A stretch of DNA of 64,000 nt, from assembly GCA_964019335.1 (NCBI GenBank), contig OZ025672.1:558001-622000 (forward strand). The letters run 5' to 3'. The notes below the pieces were generated by a model, which saw only the letters and a program-made list of their open reading frames with translations, did no database searches and was not told where the DNA came from. The stretch is from Diplonema japonicum (Eukaryota > Protista > Euglenozoa: Diplonemea). Position 1 is the stretch's first letter, and every line of letters starts with the position of its first letter. Below, piece by piece: positions 1-13,324 of the stretch. The translations under genes were made by a program, and so were the position numbers.

Positions 1-137
1 ACTCACCGCTCATCTTGCCTTGTGATTAACCTGAAATATATGTGTGGTAAGTTTTTTTTTTGATTTTTCTTTGGACGTTCTAGCAGGCTTCGCCTTTAGT
101 TAGGAGGTTTGCTCCCCCCCCCCCCCCCCCCCCCCGG

Positions 138-390
138 GGCTATGCTGGCATGGAAACGCGTTTCCATGCATTTTTTGAAAAAAAGGGAAACGGAAACGTT
201 TCCACGAGCTATGTTGGCAAGAAACGGGGAAATGTTTCCGTTTCTTTATTTCTCAGATACTTAAGGAACGCGTTTCCTTTTCAGAGGAATGTGTTCCCTT
301 CTTAAGGAAACGGTCCCAGAATAAGGAAACGTTTCCGTTTCCTTATTTTCAAAAAAAAGCATGGAAACGCGTTTCCTTGCCAACATAGCC
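138..390. mobile_element. MITE-like non-autonomous element with long terminal inverted repeats
   Basis: The left end GGCTATGCTGGCATGGAAACGCGTTTCCATGC...GGAAACGGAAACGTTTCC is the near-perfect reverse complement of the right end ...GCATGGAAACGCGTTTCCTTGCCAACATAGCC. There is an extra internal TIR-like copy near 208 and no ORF. Confidence 0.75.
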
Positions 391-1067
391 GGGGGGGGGG
401 GGTGCTCTTGTCAAACTAAATAAAAAAGACTAACGGGACAAGAATCTGTTTTCACTCATCTCCCCCCCCCCCCCCCCCCCACTTAGGAGGCCAGTTTCCT
501 TTTTGTATTTCATGCTTCATTCTGTTGGTTAGGGGACCACACTAAAGACTACAGTGGTGCCTTCCATATGTTTTTTTTTTTCTTTTTTTTTTTCTCTTTT
601 TTCACCCGCTTGCGGGGCACTCAGGAGATGAGGATGGGCTGGGGGAGGGAACCCTCCCTGGCCTTAACTTCTTGTCTCCCTGACTTCTTTATTTTTTTTT
701 GTATCCCCCCTGTTCATCCCTACCATATGATTTTTATTTTGCAGGTTACCAGAGGAAACAGATACGGGGGATTCTTTTTTTTTATATACAGGAACTTGTG
801 TAGATCGCAAAAGGGGGGAGAATAAGGGAAAAAAAAAGGGTAAACCCCAACACCCCCCCCCCCCCCCCCACCCACCCAAGGCGCTTGTGTTACAAAACAA
901 ACCAGCAAAAAAGAAAATAAACTTGACGGAATTTTTTCTTCTTCATTTTTCTTTTTCTTTTTCTTTCTTTTTTTCTTTTTTTTTTTTTTTTCAAACAAAG
1001 TTTTGTCCTTGGCAGGATGGGTTTCGTTGTTTCTTTCTTCTTTTTCTCCTCCTCGTCTTTCTCTTCC

Positions 1068-3120
1068 CTACAGGTCAGCATGATTAGCCCAGTATGCTTT
1101 GTTTTCTTCTGTTAAATCAACAGAAAAATGCATCGCTGGTAAGAACTCCGATATGCACTCAAACAACGGCACCACAATGTAGTTCATAAAAGCAATTTGC
1201 CCCTTTGCCATCGCAGGTAGGTACCTGTCCATAAAAGGCGAACAGGGGAATCCCAGGTTCCGTTCACGATCACCTTGCATGTAGAACTCGTCCGCGATCT
1301 GTTGGGTTTCATGATTGACAAAAAAAAAAAATTCCTACCTGGTTGCACCACCCCAAGTAGAGGGTTTGTTCTCTCCCGCAGTTTGAGATATCTGCCATCT
1401 TAACTGCCATCGACAGCGCCAATCTGATGTCCTCTTTCTTTTTGAACTCGTGATCCTCAGCCAACCGCCTTTTGAATGTCCCTAGGATCTTCGCGTGCAA
1501 GCCCATATCAGTGGCGAGAACCTTTTTTTTTTCCCCTCTTTTTTTTTTCAAATCTCATGCATACCATCTCCACGATCGTCTCACGGATATCACGTTTCTG
1601 TTCGTCAGCGAAGCACTCGAGGATGTTGAACTTCTCCATCTTCATCAGCTCGAAGACGCTGGACACGTGGATGTTCTCGAGGATAGAGCGGTCGTTGAAG
1701 AGCGTCGCGAGGTACGTCTGCACTCTGTGTGTGTGTGTGTGTGTGTGTGTGGTGTGGTGTGATGAAACGCCCATACTTAATATGGAAATTGTTGTTGATG
1801 CCGGGGTGGTTGTAGTCGTGGATGGCAGCCGCGCACAGGGCAGCGAAGACGTCCTCCGACGCCAGTTTGCACGTCTGTAGTTGTGACAGGTGTAACAGTA
1901 TCAACAGTATCATACCGCCGCCAGCCCGCCTGTTGAGAGGATGTAGTGTGTAATGTGAAGCACGTCAGCCGCGTGCATCGAGTTGTGATATGGGTTCGGG
2001 TGGTACCCTGTTTATATATATTTTTTTCTTATTGCAATGCAATGCAATGCAGACCTGCCTCGACAAGTGACAGCCAATTGAGCATCACCTTCTCGTTGAT
2101 GTTGAACTTCTGCATGAAGCCGTACCTATGCATGAGGGCGTACGCAGTGACGAAGAGGGACCCCCCTTCTGGCTGGTTGACTAGTCCTTCGTGCGAGTAC
2201 GACCCACATGTGGCCTCCTGCAGACTGAAGACGTCGTACTTCCACTTGTCAAGGTCCTGCAGCAGCTGGTAGACCTTCTCCTGCATGGGGTCCGACAGGT
2301 TCTGCGTTGCCAATGCAAACTCCGAAGTGGTGAATGGCTTCACGATGCTGCAGAACTTGTTCTGGTGGCTGTCAGCGTCGTAGAGCTGCCCGTCCGGCCA
2401 CTCCATGAACTGCCCCTTGACAAGCCGCAGGAGGTCGTGCGGGAATTCCTTGCAGTCCTGCTCGCCGAGAGGGTTCCGCACACGGGAGGTCACGTCCTCT
2501 TCTTCTTCTTCTTCTTGGAGCTCCTCGCGTGTTGTGCCGTTCTCCACGGCAGCCTTCTTCTTTGCCTCGTCCAGTGCTTGAAGCTCCTCCTGCAGCTCGA
2601 CGATGCGTGTGTTGTTGTAGGCCACCTTGTCCCTCGATGCTTGGATTGTCTCGTGCAGCTGCGCTTCTTCTTTTTCCAAAGCCTTCGCCTTTGCAAGGGC
2701 CTCTGCGGCTTTGCTGGCAGCTTCTTCAAGCTGTTTCTCTGGGTCCTTTGATGCCCGGAGCTTTGTGAAGGAAAGGATGTTGTCAAGCAGCATCGCATGG
2801 CCATTCACGTTGGACTTCCCGAGCTCAAAGCGCCCGCAGCCAGGGACCTCAAAGGCGCAGGAGGCACCTGCAGGGTGAGAGCTGCACTTGTTTTCGTTGA
2901 ACGCAGCACTCATGACCTCGAAGTACTGCTTGAAGTCAGTGGCTCCTTGTTGTTGCAGTGCAGCCTGTGTGAAGGTGGCGCTGTAGCTGTCATTGCTCGG
3001 CGTAGTGGCTGTGAGGGAGAGCGTCCCCTCGTTTGTCGTCTTCCCCAACACTACCACATTCGTCGGTGTCTTTGTAAATAACTTTGGCAACGCCGTGAGC
3101 GAATCTTCAAGGGTGTGCAT
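1068..3120 (-). CDS. Class I cyclic-nucleotide phosphodiesterase with N-terminal head domain and coiled coil (6 exons)
   Basis: Motifs YHNxxHAADV, HDYNHPG, ATDM, KMADISN and EFYMQGDRE. GT-AG introns at 1299-1338, 1522-1564, 1725-1776, 1875-1915 and 2008-2054 restore one frame. Confidence 0.93.
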
Positions 3121-3585
3121 CCCCTGCTGGTGGTTGTTCGAAAGGACACAAAAAGAAATACACAACACATGCTTCGCCCCCCTACGGCACAAACGAGAAA
3201 AAATAAGTATGGGGGGGGGAAAGGAGGTCGGCACATAAAAGAAAAGAGAAAAAAGGGAGGGGGGGTGGAGTAACAAAAATTTCCTGAGCCCTTCTCCTTT
3301 CGTTTCTGTGATACTTTTTTTTTTTTTTTTTTTTTTGAATTGGAAGAATTTTGAAATCTTTGTTGGTCAGTGAATAGGTGAGGTGGGTAAAGAAGGGTAT
3401 CAAAGAGGGGCAGGCCAAAGGGGTGACTAAATAAAAGAAAACAGGGTGGGGTGCAGCTGGGGGTGGGTGTTCATTATTTCACTTTTGGGGCAGGTCTTCA
3501 CAAAAAAATGAAACTGCCGCCATCCACAGGTTATAACCAAGGGTGAGGGGATGTTCTTGATGAACGGCAGGGGTTTACATAAGTA

Positions 3586-3631
<46 letters not shown>

Positions 3632-5698
3632 TTTTTTTCCCGTTCTCCCTTTTTCTTTCTTTCATTCTCGTTTTCTTTTAGGCAACAACAAAAAAGCAAA
3701 AAAAAAAAAAAAAAAAAAACAGCAGCACTCAGCAGGGCCTTGATCAAGAAAACAAAAAAATCATGGTAATGAGGCTGCTTGGGAAGGGAGGAATGTCTGG
3801 GAAAGAAAAGAAGCAGAAAAAAAAAAAAGAAGAAGAAAAATGTATAGTGGGGAAAGAGAAAAAGAGAGTGTGTGTATTTCCCTCCCCGTCCCCCATTTGT
3901 TTTCACAAGGCAAGGTGCTGTGGGCATTTCTTTTCTTTCTCATTCCCTTCTCCTGAGTAATAAGAAGTCATGTATTGCCCCCCCCCTTCACCCCCTGGTT
4001 TTTGCTTTGGCCGTGTGCCAAGGGGGAGTCTAGAAAAAAGGGGGATAAAAAAGAAAAGGAGAAAGGGGCGGGGGGGGGGGGGGGGGAGAACCTAAGTAAA
4101 AACTAGAGCTCTTCTTCATTTCCTCTTCCCCCCCCCCCCCCCCCGGCCCGTCGTTTTTTTCTTTCTTTCATTCCAAAAATCAATACTGAAGTACAAAAAG
4201 AAATATAAAAAAAGAAGCTGGGTCTTTTTTTTTTTCCTTTTTTTTTTTTCCTTTTTTTTTTCTTAAAGCAGTCAGGGGAGTATTGTCAGGAAGAGAGACT
4301 GTTGGCTGCTGGTAACAAGATTTTTTTTTTTTAAAAAAGATTCTTTTTTTTTTCCAGTGAATTATTTACCCTTACTGTATATATATATATTTTTTTTTTT
4401 CCATCGTATTTTCCTTTCTCCCCAGAAAATTGTTTTTTTTTTGGTATTATGGAATTGAACTGGCAGTTGCAAGTCCCCCTCCCTCTTTCTTCCAACAGCT
4501 GTTTGTGTTGTTACTGTTCTACAGAAGCAGTTCATGCGGAGGTAACTTCTGGCCATTCCGACCAAAATCTTGGGGTTTTGGATTAAACACGAAATCAATA
4601 TATTTTTCAAATAATTACACAGTCGATCATTTTCTCGTGCACTTGGCTCGCTCCTGTTGTACTTCCTCGTCAAGTCAAGTCAAAGACCCGTCCTTGCAGG
4701 CAGGAATAAAAAAAAAAAACTTTGAAGCTTCAGCAGAAGAAATTATCCTTAAGATCTTAACAATAAAATACAGTAGTTATCAAACGAATAAAAGGGCCCA
4801 ACCCGGTGGGCCATCACGCACGTAGGTACTAAAAGAAGCTGAGCACAAAAGTTTTAATCCTTTCCCCTTCTTTCCCATGTCTCTTTTAATACAACCCTGT
4901 TTCCTCTCTTTCTCTTTCTTTCGCACTGTCACCTGGTACCAAGTGAGGTTTTCAAAATAAAAAAATAAAATAAAATAAAAAAAAAAACGGAAGTTCTTTT
5001 TTTTTTTTTTTTTTTTTTCCCTCTCATTTTTTTCTTCACCTTATTATTTTTTTTTGCGTTGTGTGCGCATCTCTTTTTAAAGACCCTAGCCATTGTACAC
5101 CCCACCTCTTTTCTTTGTTCTTCTTCCTTGTTTGTAAAAAAAAGGGGGGGGTGCAGGGAGTTGGGGGGGGGGGGGGGGGGCAATGAGGAAAAAGAAAAAA
5201 CAAGAGGGGAAGAGAAAAAAAAAAAACAGAGAAGGATCATCGTTAGGAGCAATGGGGAACGGGACGGGGAGATGAGGAAAATGAAAAGACGATAAAAAAA
5301 AAAGGAGCTCTCATTAAAAGAAAAAAAAAAAAAAAGAAAAGGAAAACACACTACAGTACAAATGATGCCAGAGAAAAAAAAAGGGGGGGAAGCACATTCT
5401 GCCTTTTTTTAAACCTTTTTTTTTTGCTGCCATAAAAAATAATTCGCACTTTCCCCTTCCCCTCCCCCCCTTTTTATTTTTTTATTTTTAGTTTTTTTTC
5501 GGAAAGGGGGGAGAGGGGTCGGGGAGAAGGACACAACGGTCCCCTTTCTTTTTTTTTTTTTCAATTCTCTTTTCTTCCATAGGACTTATTAAATACAATC
5601 AAATCAAAAAAAAAAGAGGGGAAAAAAAAACAACGTTTTGTTCCTTGCCAAATATCGCAAGCCCCAAGCCCATTTCGAGACCATAAAGTAGTATACCA

Positions 5699-5755
<57 letters not shown>

Positions 5756-6106
5756 CTTTGCGAAATAATGAGTATGTGTCCATAATACCCTTTGAAAGTA
5801 TGTCGTATCATTACATAAAAACCAAACACAAAGAAGGGGGGAGGAGAAAACAATATTGAAGAAAAAAAACAAACGAAAATTGTAACTCCCCCCCCCCCCC
5901 CCCCCCCCCCCTCCCTTTTTTCGAGGGCGCAGGGTAGATAGATCTTCTTTAAACTAGAATCAACTGGGCTGACTGTTTTTAAAAACAAAAAAAAAAAAAA
6001 TCGAGAAAGGGGAGGAAATGGGGAAGCATCAAATATAGGCTGTCCGAACTTGCCGGTAAAGTTCAGAAGAAGGACACAGCACAAAACATCATTCCTTGTT
6101 CCTTTG

Positions 6107-6139
<33 letters not shown>

Positions 6140-6923
6140 CTTTGTATGACCATTCTTAAACCCTAAAAGACAACACGAAGAGACTTTTTCGCTTTTTTCT
6201 TTCCTTTTCTTTTTTTTCTTTCATATCTCTCCCTCCCAGCATGACAAATCAAATTGTTATCACAAAACGCATATCTTGCAAGCTAAATGTTTTTTTTTTT
6301 TTTTTTTAAAGGACCGGAGCTGATTTATCAGTCGAATTTTTTTTTTTTAAAATTAAATTCTGCTAAGGCTTTTTTAGTGCCCTCTCTTTAAAGGGGACTT
6401 ATTGCGCGACCTTTTTTTTTTTTTTTTTTTTTTTTTTACTGAATGCTATATTGCCCATAAATAGGAGAAAAAAAAAAAACAGTGGCACAAACATTAAATC
6501 GCCTTTTTAGACTAAAAACAGCAGTCCTTTATGGGTTAAAAGGATTTTAGGATTTTACAGGATTTCTTAGGTACATGCTATTCATAGGGCTTGTAAAGGA
6601 AAAAGGGTAAGGCGGGGTCCGAACTCTAAGGTCCTGATAAATTGATTTAGGTATTTTAAATTCTTTTTTTTTGACCACTTCCCACCCTTCAAGACTCTAC
6701 CATGAGGTTTTTCCTCCCTCGTTGCTAATATTCTTTTTTTTCCTTGAGTTTCTGCAACACAAAATTCTTTTAAAAAATCCCAGAAATCCGAAATACTCGG
6801 GGCTTGGCCAATCCTAAAAGTATCTTTAAAACCTTTAGGTTGCAAGGAAAACGGGGGGGGGGGGGGAAATAATATAAAAGAAGAAGAATACCTTTTTCAA
6901 ACATGCTAAACCATAACAGTTAG

Positions 6924-6954
<31 letters not shown>

Positions 6955-8013
6955 TCAATCTTTGTCTTGGGAAAAGAAACCCCCCTGGAGCATTTTGTTA
7001 AGTTTGACCTTCTGTTTTTTTTTTTTTTTTTTTTTTTTTGTCTTTTTTTTAAACTAGGGAAATTAACGGAAAAGAAACCCATTATGGCCGCGCTCCTGGG
7101 TGGGTGAGAGGGGGGGGGGGGGGGGGGGGGGGGGGGTCCCACGGTGTCTTTGTTCATCATTTCCCCTTCCTATGCTTCCTGCCTTTTCCCACTCCTCTCT
7201 TTTCTTTGCGCCTCTTTACTGTTTGGGGGGGGAAGAAAGGGAAAAGAAGAGGGGGGAAAAGCAGGGCTTGCCTTTCCCTTTCGTTTGTACTGGCTCTTCC
7301 CCTCTACAGGTACAGGCACTAGGGTTTTTTTTTTTTTTTCCTTCATTAAAATATCGCGGCTCACGAGAAAGGAAGATTTGTCGGAAAAATAACGCTTTCT
7401 CAGTTAGGTTACAACACCTGCCAGAAGGAGAAAATAGGGGGGAAGGAAGCAAAAGAAAAAGGAACCAGTGGGGGGGGGGGGGGGGGGGGAAGGGGGGGGA
7501 GGCCTGAGGGGAGGGGGGAACAAAAAAAACCGTGCTATTCACTTAGAGCTTTTTTTCTTCTTCGTCTTTCTAATCGCTTTTCTTTTTTTTTATTTCCCCT
7601 TTTATTCTCTCTTTTTTCTACTTCCCCCCCCCCCCCCCCACCCTAGCCCCGATAAAACCGAGATGCATGGGTAGTAGTCCATTCCGACCCCCCCGCTTGG
7701 CCCCAAGGCACAAACAAAATGGCGGGGTTTTAATTTTTTCTTTTTTTTTAATTTTCCTTTTTTTTTTTTTTTTTTTTTTGAACACCACGTAATATAAAAA
7801 GAAAAATAGGGGGGAAGGAAGGGGGAAAAAGAGGAAAAAAAAAAGACGAACAAGAGGCCACCCTCCCTTCCCTTCTAAAAGCCCTTCAATTTCCGCTGTG
7901 AACAGAAAGAGTGGTATCGACCTGCTGTCGTAGAGCGTTAGGTTGAGGCGCAGGTGAAGGACGGGTTCTCTCTGTCAAGGGGGCCTTTAATAAAAAAAAA
8001 AGGAAAAAACAAG

Positions 8014-10000
8014 TTATTCCCTGGTCTCTATCTCGACCGTCTTGTTGGGCTCTGTGGGGTGTGGAACGGATGCTTTCGGTGAAGTGATTTTGCCCTGTGC
8101 TTGCTGTGCCTGTGCAACAGCTGCGGCTGCAGCAGCTGCTGTGTTGCTAGGGGAGAGGACTCTGGCTTTCGCGGCAGCTGCGTTGTTGGGGGACGTTGGG
8201 GGTGACAGGCCGAGCCTTTCCAAGTGCGCATCAAGCTCATCCTCAGTCATAGCGTGCACTCCGTCGTTCTCCTTGGGCTTCTCCGCAACTGCAGAAGTAG
8301 TCGAGGTGTTCGAAGGTGAGATGACTGCCGCCTGCGTCCCAGCAGCAGGGACAAGGACAGGCTGGTTCCCCACCTCCATGGCTGCAGCTGCCTTGCTCAA
8401 CTCATGCCGCATGTGCATGCCCACCGTCATCCCGCCAGCACCTGCAGGGGACATCGTCCCCGCACCTGCAGGGGACATCGTCTGCATGCTGTTCGCACTC
8501 TTCACAGACTGCGGCGAGAACGGCCGCCCATCGGGCCTTGGAGGCGCCTTCGCTCCCGACCACATCACAGAGTCCACCTTCTGCACCCCCCCCAACGTCA
8601 CAGGGCTGTTCTGCATCATCATTTGCCGTGTGGGGTCCATCGGCGACAGCAAGTCCTGTAGTGTGGTTGTGACTCGTTTTTCGCATACCGGTGGAAGCAT
8701 CACTTGCGATTCTGCAAATGACCCCCCTGCCACAGACCCTCCTGCCATGGAGGGTTGGTAATGCGGTGTGCTGCTCGCAGGCATCTGACCCTGCCACGTG
8801 GCCCCCTGTTTGTTATTTGTGAAAAATTTTAAATAAAAGGGGAAAAAACAGCCCCCCCCCCCCCCCCTTTATTCCTTGTGTGGTACCTCTGTGAGACCGC
8901 TGCCATCCATTACTACCTGATGCTCTGTACCTGCGGAGGTGTCGATGGGCATCGGTGCGAAGCGTCTCGACATGCGCTGGGGTTTTTTTTTTCTTCTCTC
9001 TTCTTTTTATTGTGCTGCATACCCTGGCGGCATCCGCCGTGGGTGTGGGTGTGGTGGATGACTGACCAGTCGCTCTGGCAAAGGCTTGCGCCCTGAAAAA
9101 ATTGAGTTTTTTATTTCGTCTCACTACCTTGCAGAGGGCGTGTTGGCTACGTTAGGGCTGCAGAGCAGGGATGGTGGGTTGCTGGGGCTGGCGGCACTAC
9201 GCGGAGAGGGGGGGTTCATGGATGGGATCAGAACGGTAGGAGCGTTGGGGTAGCGGGACTGCCTTGCATTGTGGGATTCAAGAGTGTCTGTTGAGAGGAG
9301 CGAGGGGAGCCCAGCAGAGGCCGATGAGTTCCTCCTCACAAGGCCTGCCGTAGGGGAGATTGGGTGCTCCTTCTCACCGGGGCTGTCGTCTTCTTGTGTG
9401 TCATCACCGTCGGTTTTCTCGGTACACTCTTTAGCTTTGTCCCATGTCTCAGCGGGCACACCCTGTGATGCATGATGCAGTGCTTGAACAACATACTCGC
9501 AAGACGCGGTCGCCAAACTTCTCATATCTCTCCATCAAGTTGGACTTTCTCTTATGCACGTGCACCATGAAGCAGGACTCGCCCCTGAGGTGGCAATCCA
9601 TATTTTACTTTATTTTTTCATACCTTTCGCAATGCCCTGAAAGGAAGGGCGAGCACCTGGGGACCCTGGCACTGGGGAGCTTCCACTTGCTTTGGCACGT
9701 GCGGCAACGGAGGATCTTGGACCCCTTTCTGGTCCTGACGTCGTCCCATTCGTTATGGGTACACGGGCGGCTCATCTCAGCAGGAGGTGCATGGCGGAAA
9801 TGTGTGTGATCCTCGTCTTCCTTCGGCTTCTGGTGTGTGGGGTAGGGGGGGATCTGCAACTGCGGTTGCTGCATTTGCTGTGTTATCTGCTGTGTAACTT
9901 GCTGGATAGGAATCTGGGGGATCTGGCCCGTGTGAGTCAGCATCTGCACTTGCTGAGGCAGCTGCATCGACGGACTCTGCTGCCCTTGAACCGGAACCTG

Positions 10001-10036
<36 letters not shown>

Positions 10037-10292
10037 TTGGTGCTGCTGCTGGTGTTGATGCTGGTGTTGGTGTTGGTGCTGAGGAGGCGGTTGCTGCACC
10101 TGTTGCGGCTGCTGGTACTGGTCGCTGCGGGGAGGCCTGGTACTGCGGTGGCTGCATCTGCTGAGTGTACCCTGTAGTGTCTATTACACCATTGGCCGAA
10201 AGCATGATCTGCTGCCGCGAGGGGTCATTATAGACTGCTGGCTGCTGTTGCTGCTGAACCAGCCCATTCATAGGGCTTACCACAGCTTGCAT
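8014..10292 (-). CDS. PolyQ-rich protein with Zn-ribbon-like module and CCCH zinc finger (multi-exon)
   Basis: CTHNEW...CRTCQ is followed, after removing intron 9585-9623, by C-x7-C-x5-C-x3-H (CSPFLSGHCERGESCFMVH). Further short GT-AG introns lie near 9463-9496, 9093-9128, 8977-9022 and 8806-8886. The C-terminus is low complexity. Confidence 0.8.
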
Positions 10293-11009
10293 GTTAGTGT
10301 GATGAAACAGAAGCTGCCCCTTTCCTGATGATTAAACTAAACAAGACTCAGCACCTGCTAATTTTCCAGGAAGAATAACAACTAGGGGACAAGGAACAAG
10401 GGAGGGAAGGGCGCCCTAAGACCACTTAACTTTCCAAGTTTCGTTTGCATTCCTTATTTTGTTTTTTCAAATGCATCACTGTTAAAAGACATAAATGGAA
10501 GGAAAGAGAAGACAGCTTAACAGCACGCTCCCCAAGGAATCACTTGACAGGGAGAAACGTTGCCATGGCTACTACCCTGGGTCCTTGCATTAAGGAGGGA
10601 GGAAAGTGAGAATGGGCAAAAAAAAAAAAAAAAAAAAAAAAAAAAGGAAAGAAGGAACTCAACAAATACAGAAGAAAAATACTGCTGGGAGGAAAGGCAA
10701 CGCTTGCACAACATTTAAAAAAAAAAAAAGAGGAGCTGGTCGTTCGTTTGTCACGCGATGCGCCGACAGGGTGCCGACGTCCCCTTTTCTGTAGTCAACT
10801 CTCTTGAGACCCTTTTCTTGCAATAAAAGGGAGGAACTGGCCGTTGTTTGTAGAAGCACGGAGAAGTGAATCCGTAAAGATCTTTGCCACCGTTCTCCTT
10901 TTGTATAGACGGGTTTAAAAAAGAAAAGAAGACACAATACTTCCTCGCATATGGGGGGGGGGGGGGGTACGATGAATGAAAAAGGGGGGAAAGAGGACCA
11001 GGACGAGGG

Positions 11010-11043
<34 letters not shown>

Positions 11044-11704
11044 CTTCGTTTAATGGAAAACCTTTAACTTGCCGATTTTTCTCTCAGAAAAGCCAAGTCA
11101 GGCAGACCCAGATGGGTTAGGAATCACGTGATAATAATAAAAGCGAGAACACCCCTTAGGGGATGGGCACTTTCTGTGACCTTTTGTTTTGTTTTGTTTT
11201 GTTTTGTTTTGTTTTGAATATCATGCTCATTCGTTTTAACTTTTTTTTTTTGATTCATAGGCCCAATCAAAAAAATACACACAAAAAAAAAAGAACTGAC
11301 AAAACTTAATGATTCAAGAGCAAAAGAGTGCAATGGGTGATGGGTGTCAAAAAGAAAGAAGGGGGGGGGGGGGGGGGATGAAAGAGGGAGAGAGAGAGAA
11401 AAAAAAAATAGACAAGAGAAAGAGATTTTTCCTTTCGGGTTTCCCCTCTTTTTTTTTTTTTCTTTTTCTTTTCCTTTTTAAAACATCCCTTCGTTCGAGA
11501 CCTACCGTATTTATTTAAAACACGGCACGGGTGGGAGGGGACTTAGTCCGAGTTCGTTTTTTTTTTCTCCCCCTTTCCCCCCCCCTTTTTTTTCTTGTTC
11601 ATTCTTTTTTTTTTCATGCAAGTCAAAAGCGAGGCCCTCTTAAAAAGGTTTCATCCCCCAACTTGCAAGACGCTTTTAAAAAAAAAAAAAAAATGTTCTT
11701 CCCA

Positions 11705-13101
11705 TCAACTCAGCTGTTGCAGAAGATCAAGTTTTGCCTTCATTGCCGCGACGGCCTCTAAAGCTTGCTGTTGCTGTTGCAAGAGCAGTCTGGGATCGTT
11801 GCTGGCGGACTCCGCGAGGATGGGCTCATTGAAGACACGATCGAGGCGTCGCACCTTATTCCTCAAAGGGTTCAGCTCCACGGGACTGGACTCCTCTTTG
11901 TTCTCCTTTCTGGCTATGCACCCGCTAGCATCCCTGGCTACCAGCTGTTTCGCCACCCTCATATATTCATTTCCCTTGCTTCTTGTAGAGTAGTATTTTT
12001 CGGCATCTTCTGGCATTTGGCTCTCAGCACTTGTGCTCTTCTTCGAGATGCACTGCTTTGCTGCCCTCATGTAGTCGTTCCCCATCTGGCGTCTTCTGCC
12101 GTCCGGAACTTCAGTTTGCGCTTCTGCGGGTGGCTTGGGCTTCAGCGGTGGCAGTGGACCTTGCACCTGTTTCGCGTACTTCAGCCTCTTGTCCTTCATC
12201 TCCTGCTTGTGCACCCTCTCCTGTTCCTGTTCTTCCTTCTTCTTGCGTTCCGAGTCGAGGAAGTCGTCGAACTTCTTGCACTTCCAATTCTTCAGATGCC
12301 TGTTGTGCTCCTTCAGTTGCGACTGTCGTGTTGTTGATTTTGCTATTTTTCCTTTCACTGTTGTGCCATACCCTGATCTCTTGTCTGTGCTGCTCCTCCC
12401 GCTCCCTGTTCCTCGCTAGGTACGAGGACTCATGCTCTGCGATGTCCTGTGTGTGTGTGTGTGTTTTATATTCTGTGCCCAGTGTATACCTTCAATGGAG
12501 ACTCAAACTTCTCTCTCACTTTGCGCAGCATTGCCCGCTGCTGCTCCATGGCAGGGAGCACCACCTCTTGCTGGTAGCGTTCCTCCATCGCTATGTGCAG
12601 GGGGACGTTCTTCTTCAAGTTCGGCGACTTCAGCCTTGCCATCCGCTTCTTGCGGTCTTCTTCGCGTGCCTCGCGCAGAAGGTGTTGCTGCATGATCTTG
12701 TCGTCTTTGATCTTGAGGTCTGTAATGTTCTGCTCTAGCTCCCTTTGGCTCTGTTCTTCCCTGTCGGCCTCCAGCTTGGCCATCATTTCCTCTCTGCGGG
12801 CTGAGTTCAGTTCCATCAGCCTCTTCGTCTCCTGCCGCCTCTTCCTCACCACTTCATCGAACTGCTCGTAAATGTCACCGTTGTTGTCATACTGCACCTT
12901 CTGCCTCTCGAGCGGGATATCGGGTTTCCTCATATCAGGCATGTAGCCTAACGGGCGTCTCGCTTGTCGCGGTTTGTTATTCCTTGACTTTGGAGGAGCG
13001 TGTGGCTTGAGCACATGCGCCGCCTTGACAAGCGTCTCAAAGGCACAGCCAGCACCAAGGATGTCGCACAAGACCTGCATGCCCGGCACTGCGGACGTCA
13101 T
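11705..13101 (-). CDS. Coiled-coil hypothetical protein (3 exons)
   Basis: ORFs 12466-13173 and 11705-12358 join in frame via GT-AG introns 12447-12489 and 12323-12371. The ATG is preceded by TTTGCAG. E/K/R/Q-rich. Confidence 0.75.
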
Positions 13102-13324
13102 TTGGTTACCTGCAAAGATATACCGGTAAGATCGGGTCCCTGAGACCGATGCAGTGACGAAGTACCTCCCCAAGCGAACGGAAGAAATAAAAATTCACTA
13201 TGATAGGAACGAAGTGGTTAGCAACGGCCGAAAAAAGAACAAGAAGCACTGTGTGGAAGAAAGTGCGAAAACGAACCGTTCGCATCATAAAAAGAGTGAA
13301 CCAGTGTCCGCAAGAGTTTAGGAA

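Noticed and set aside
3182-7853. Many 60-180 aa ORFs rich in F, K, G and P
   Set aside because: They are translations of homopolymer runs, not genes.
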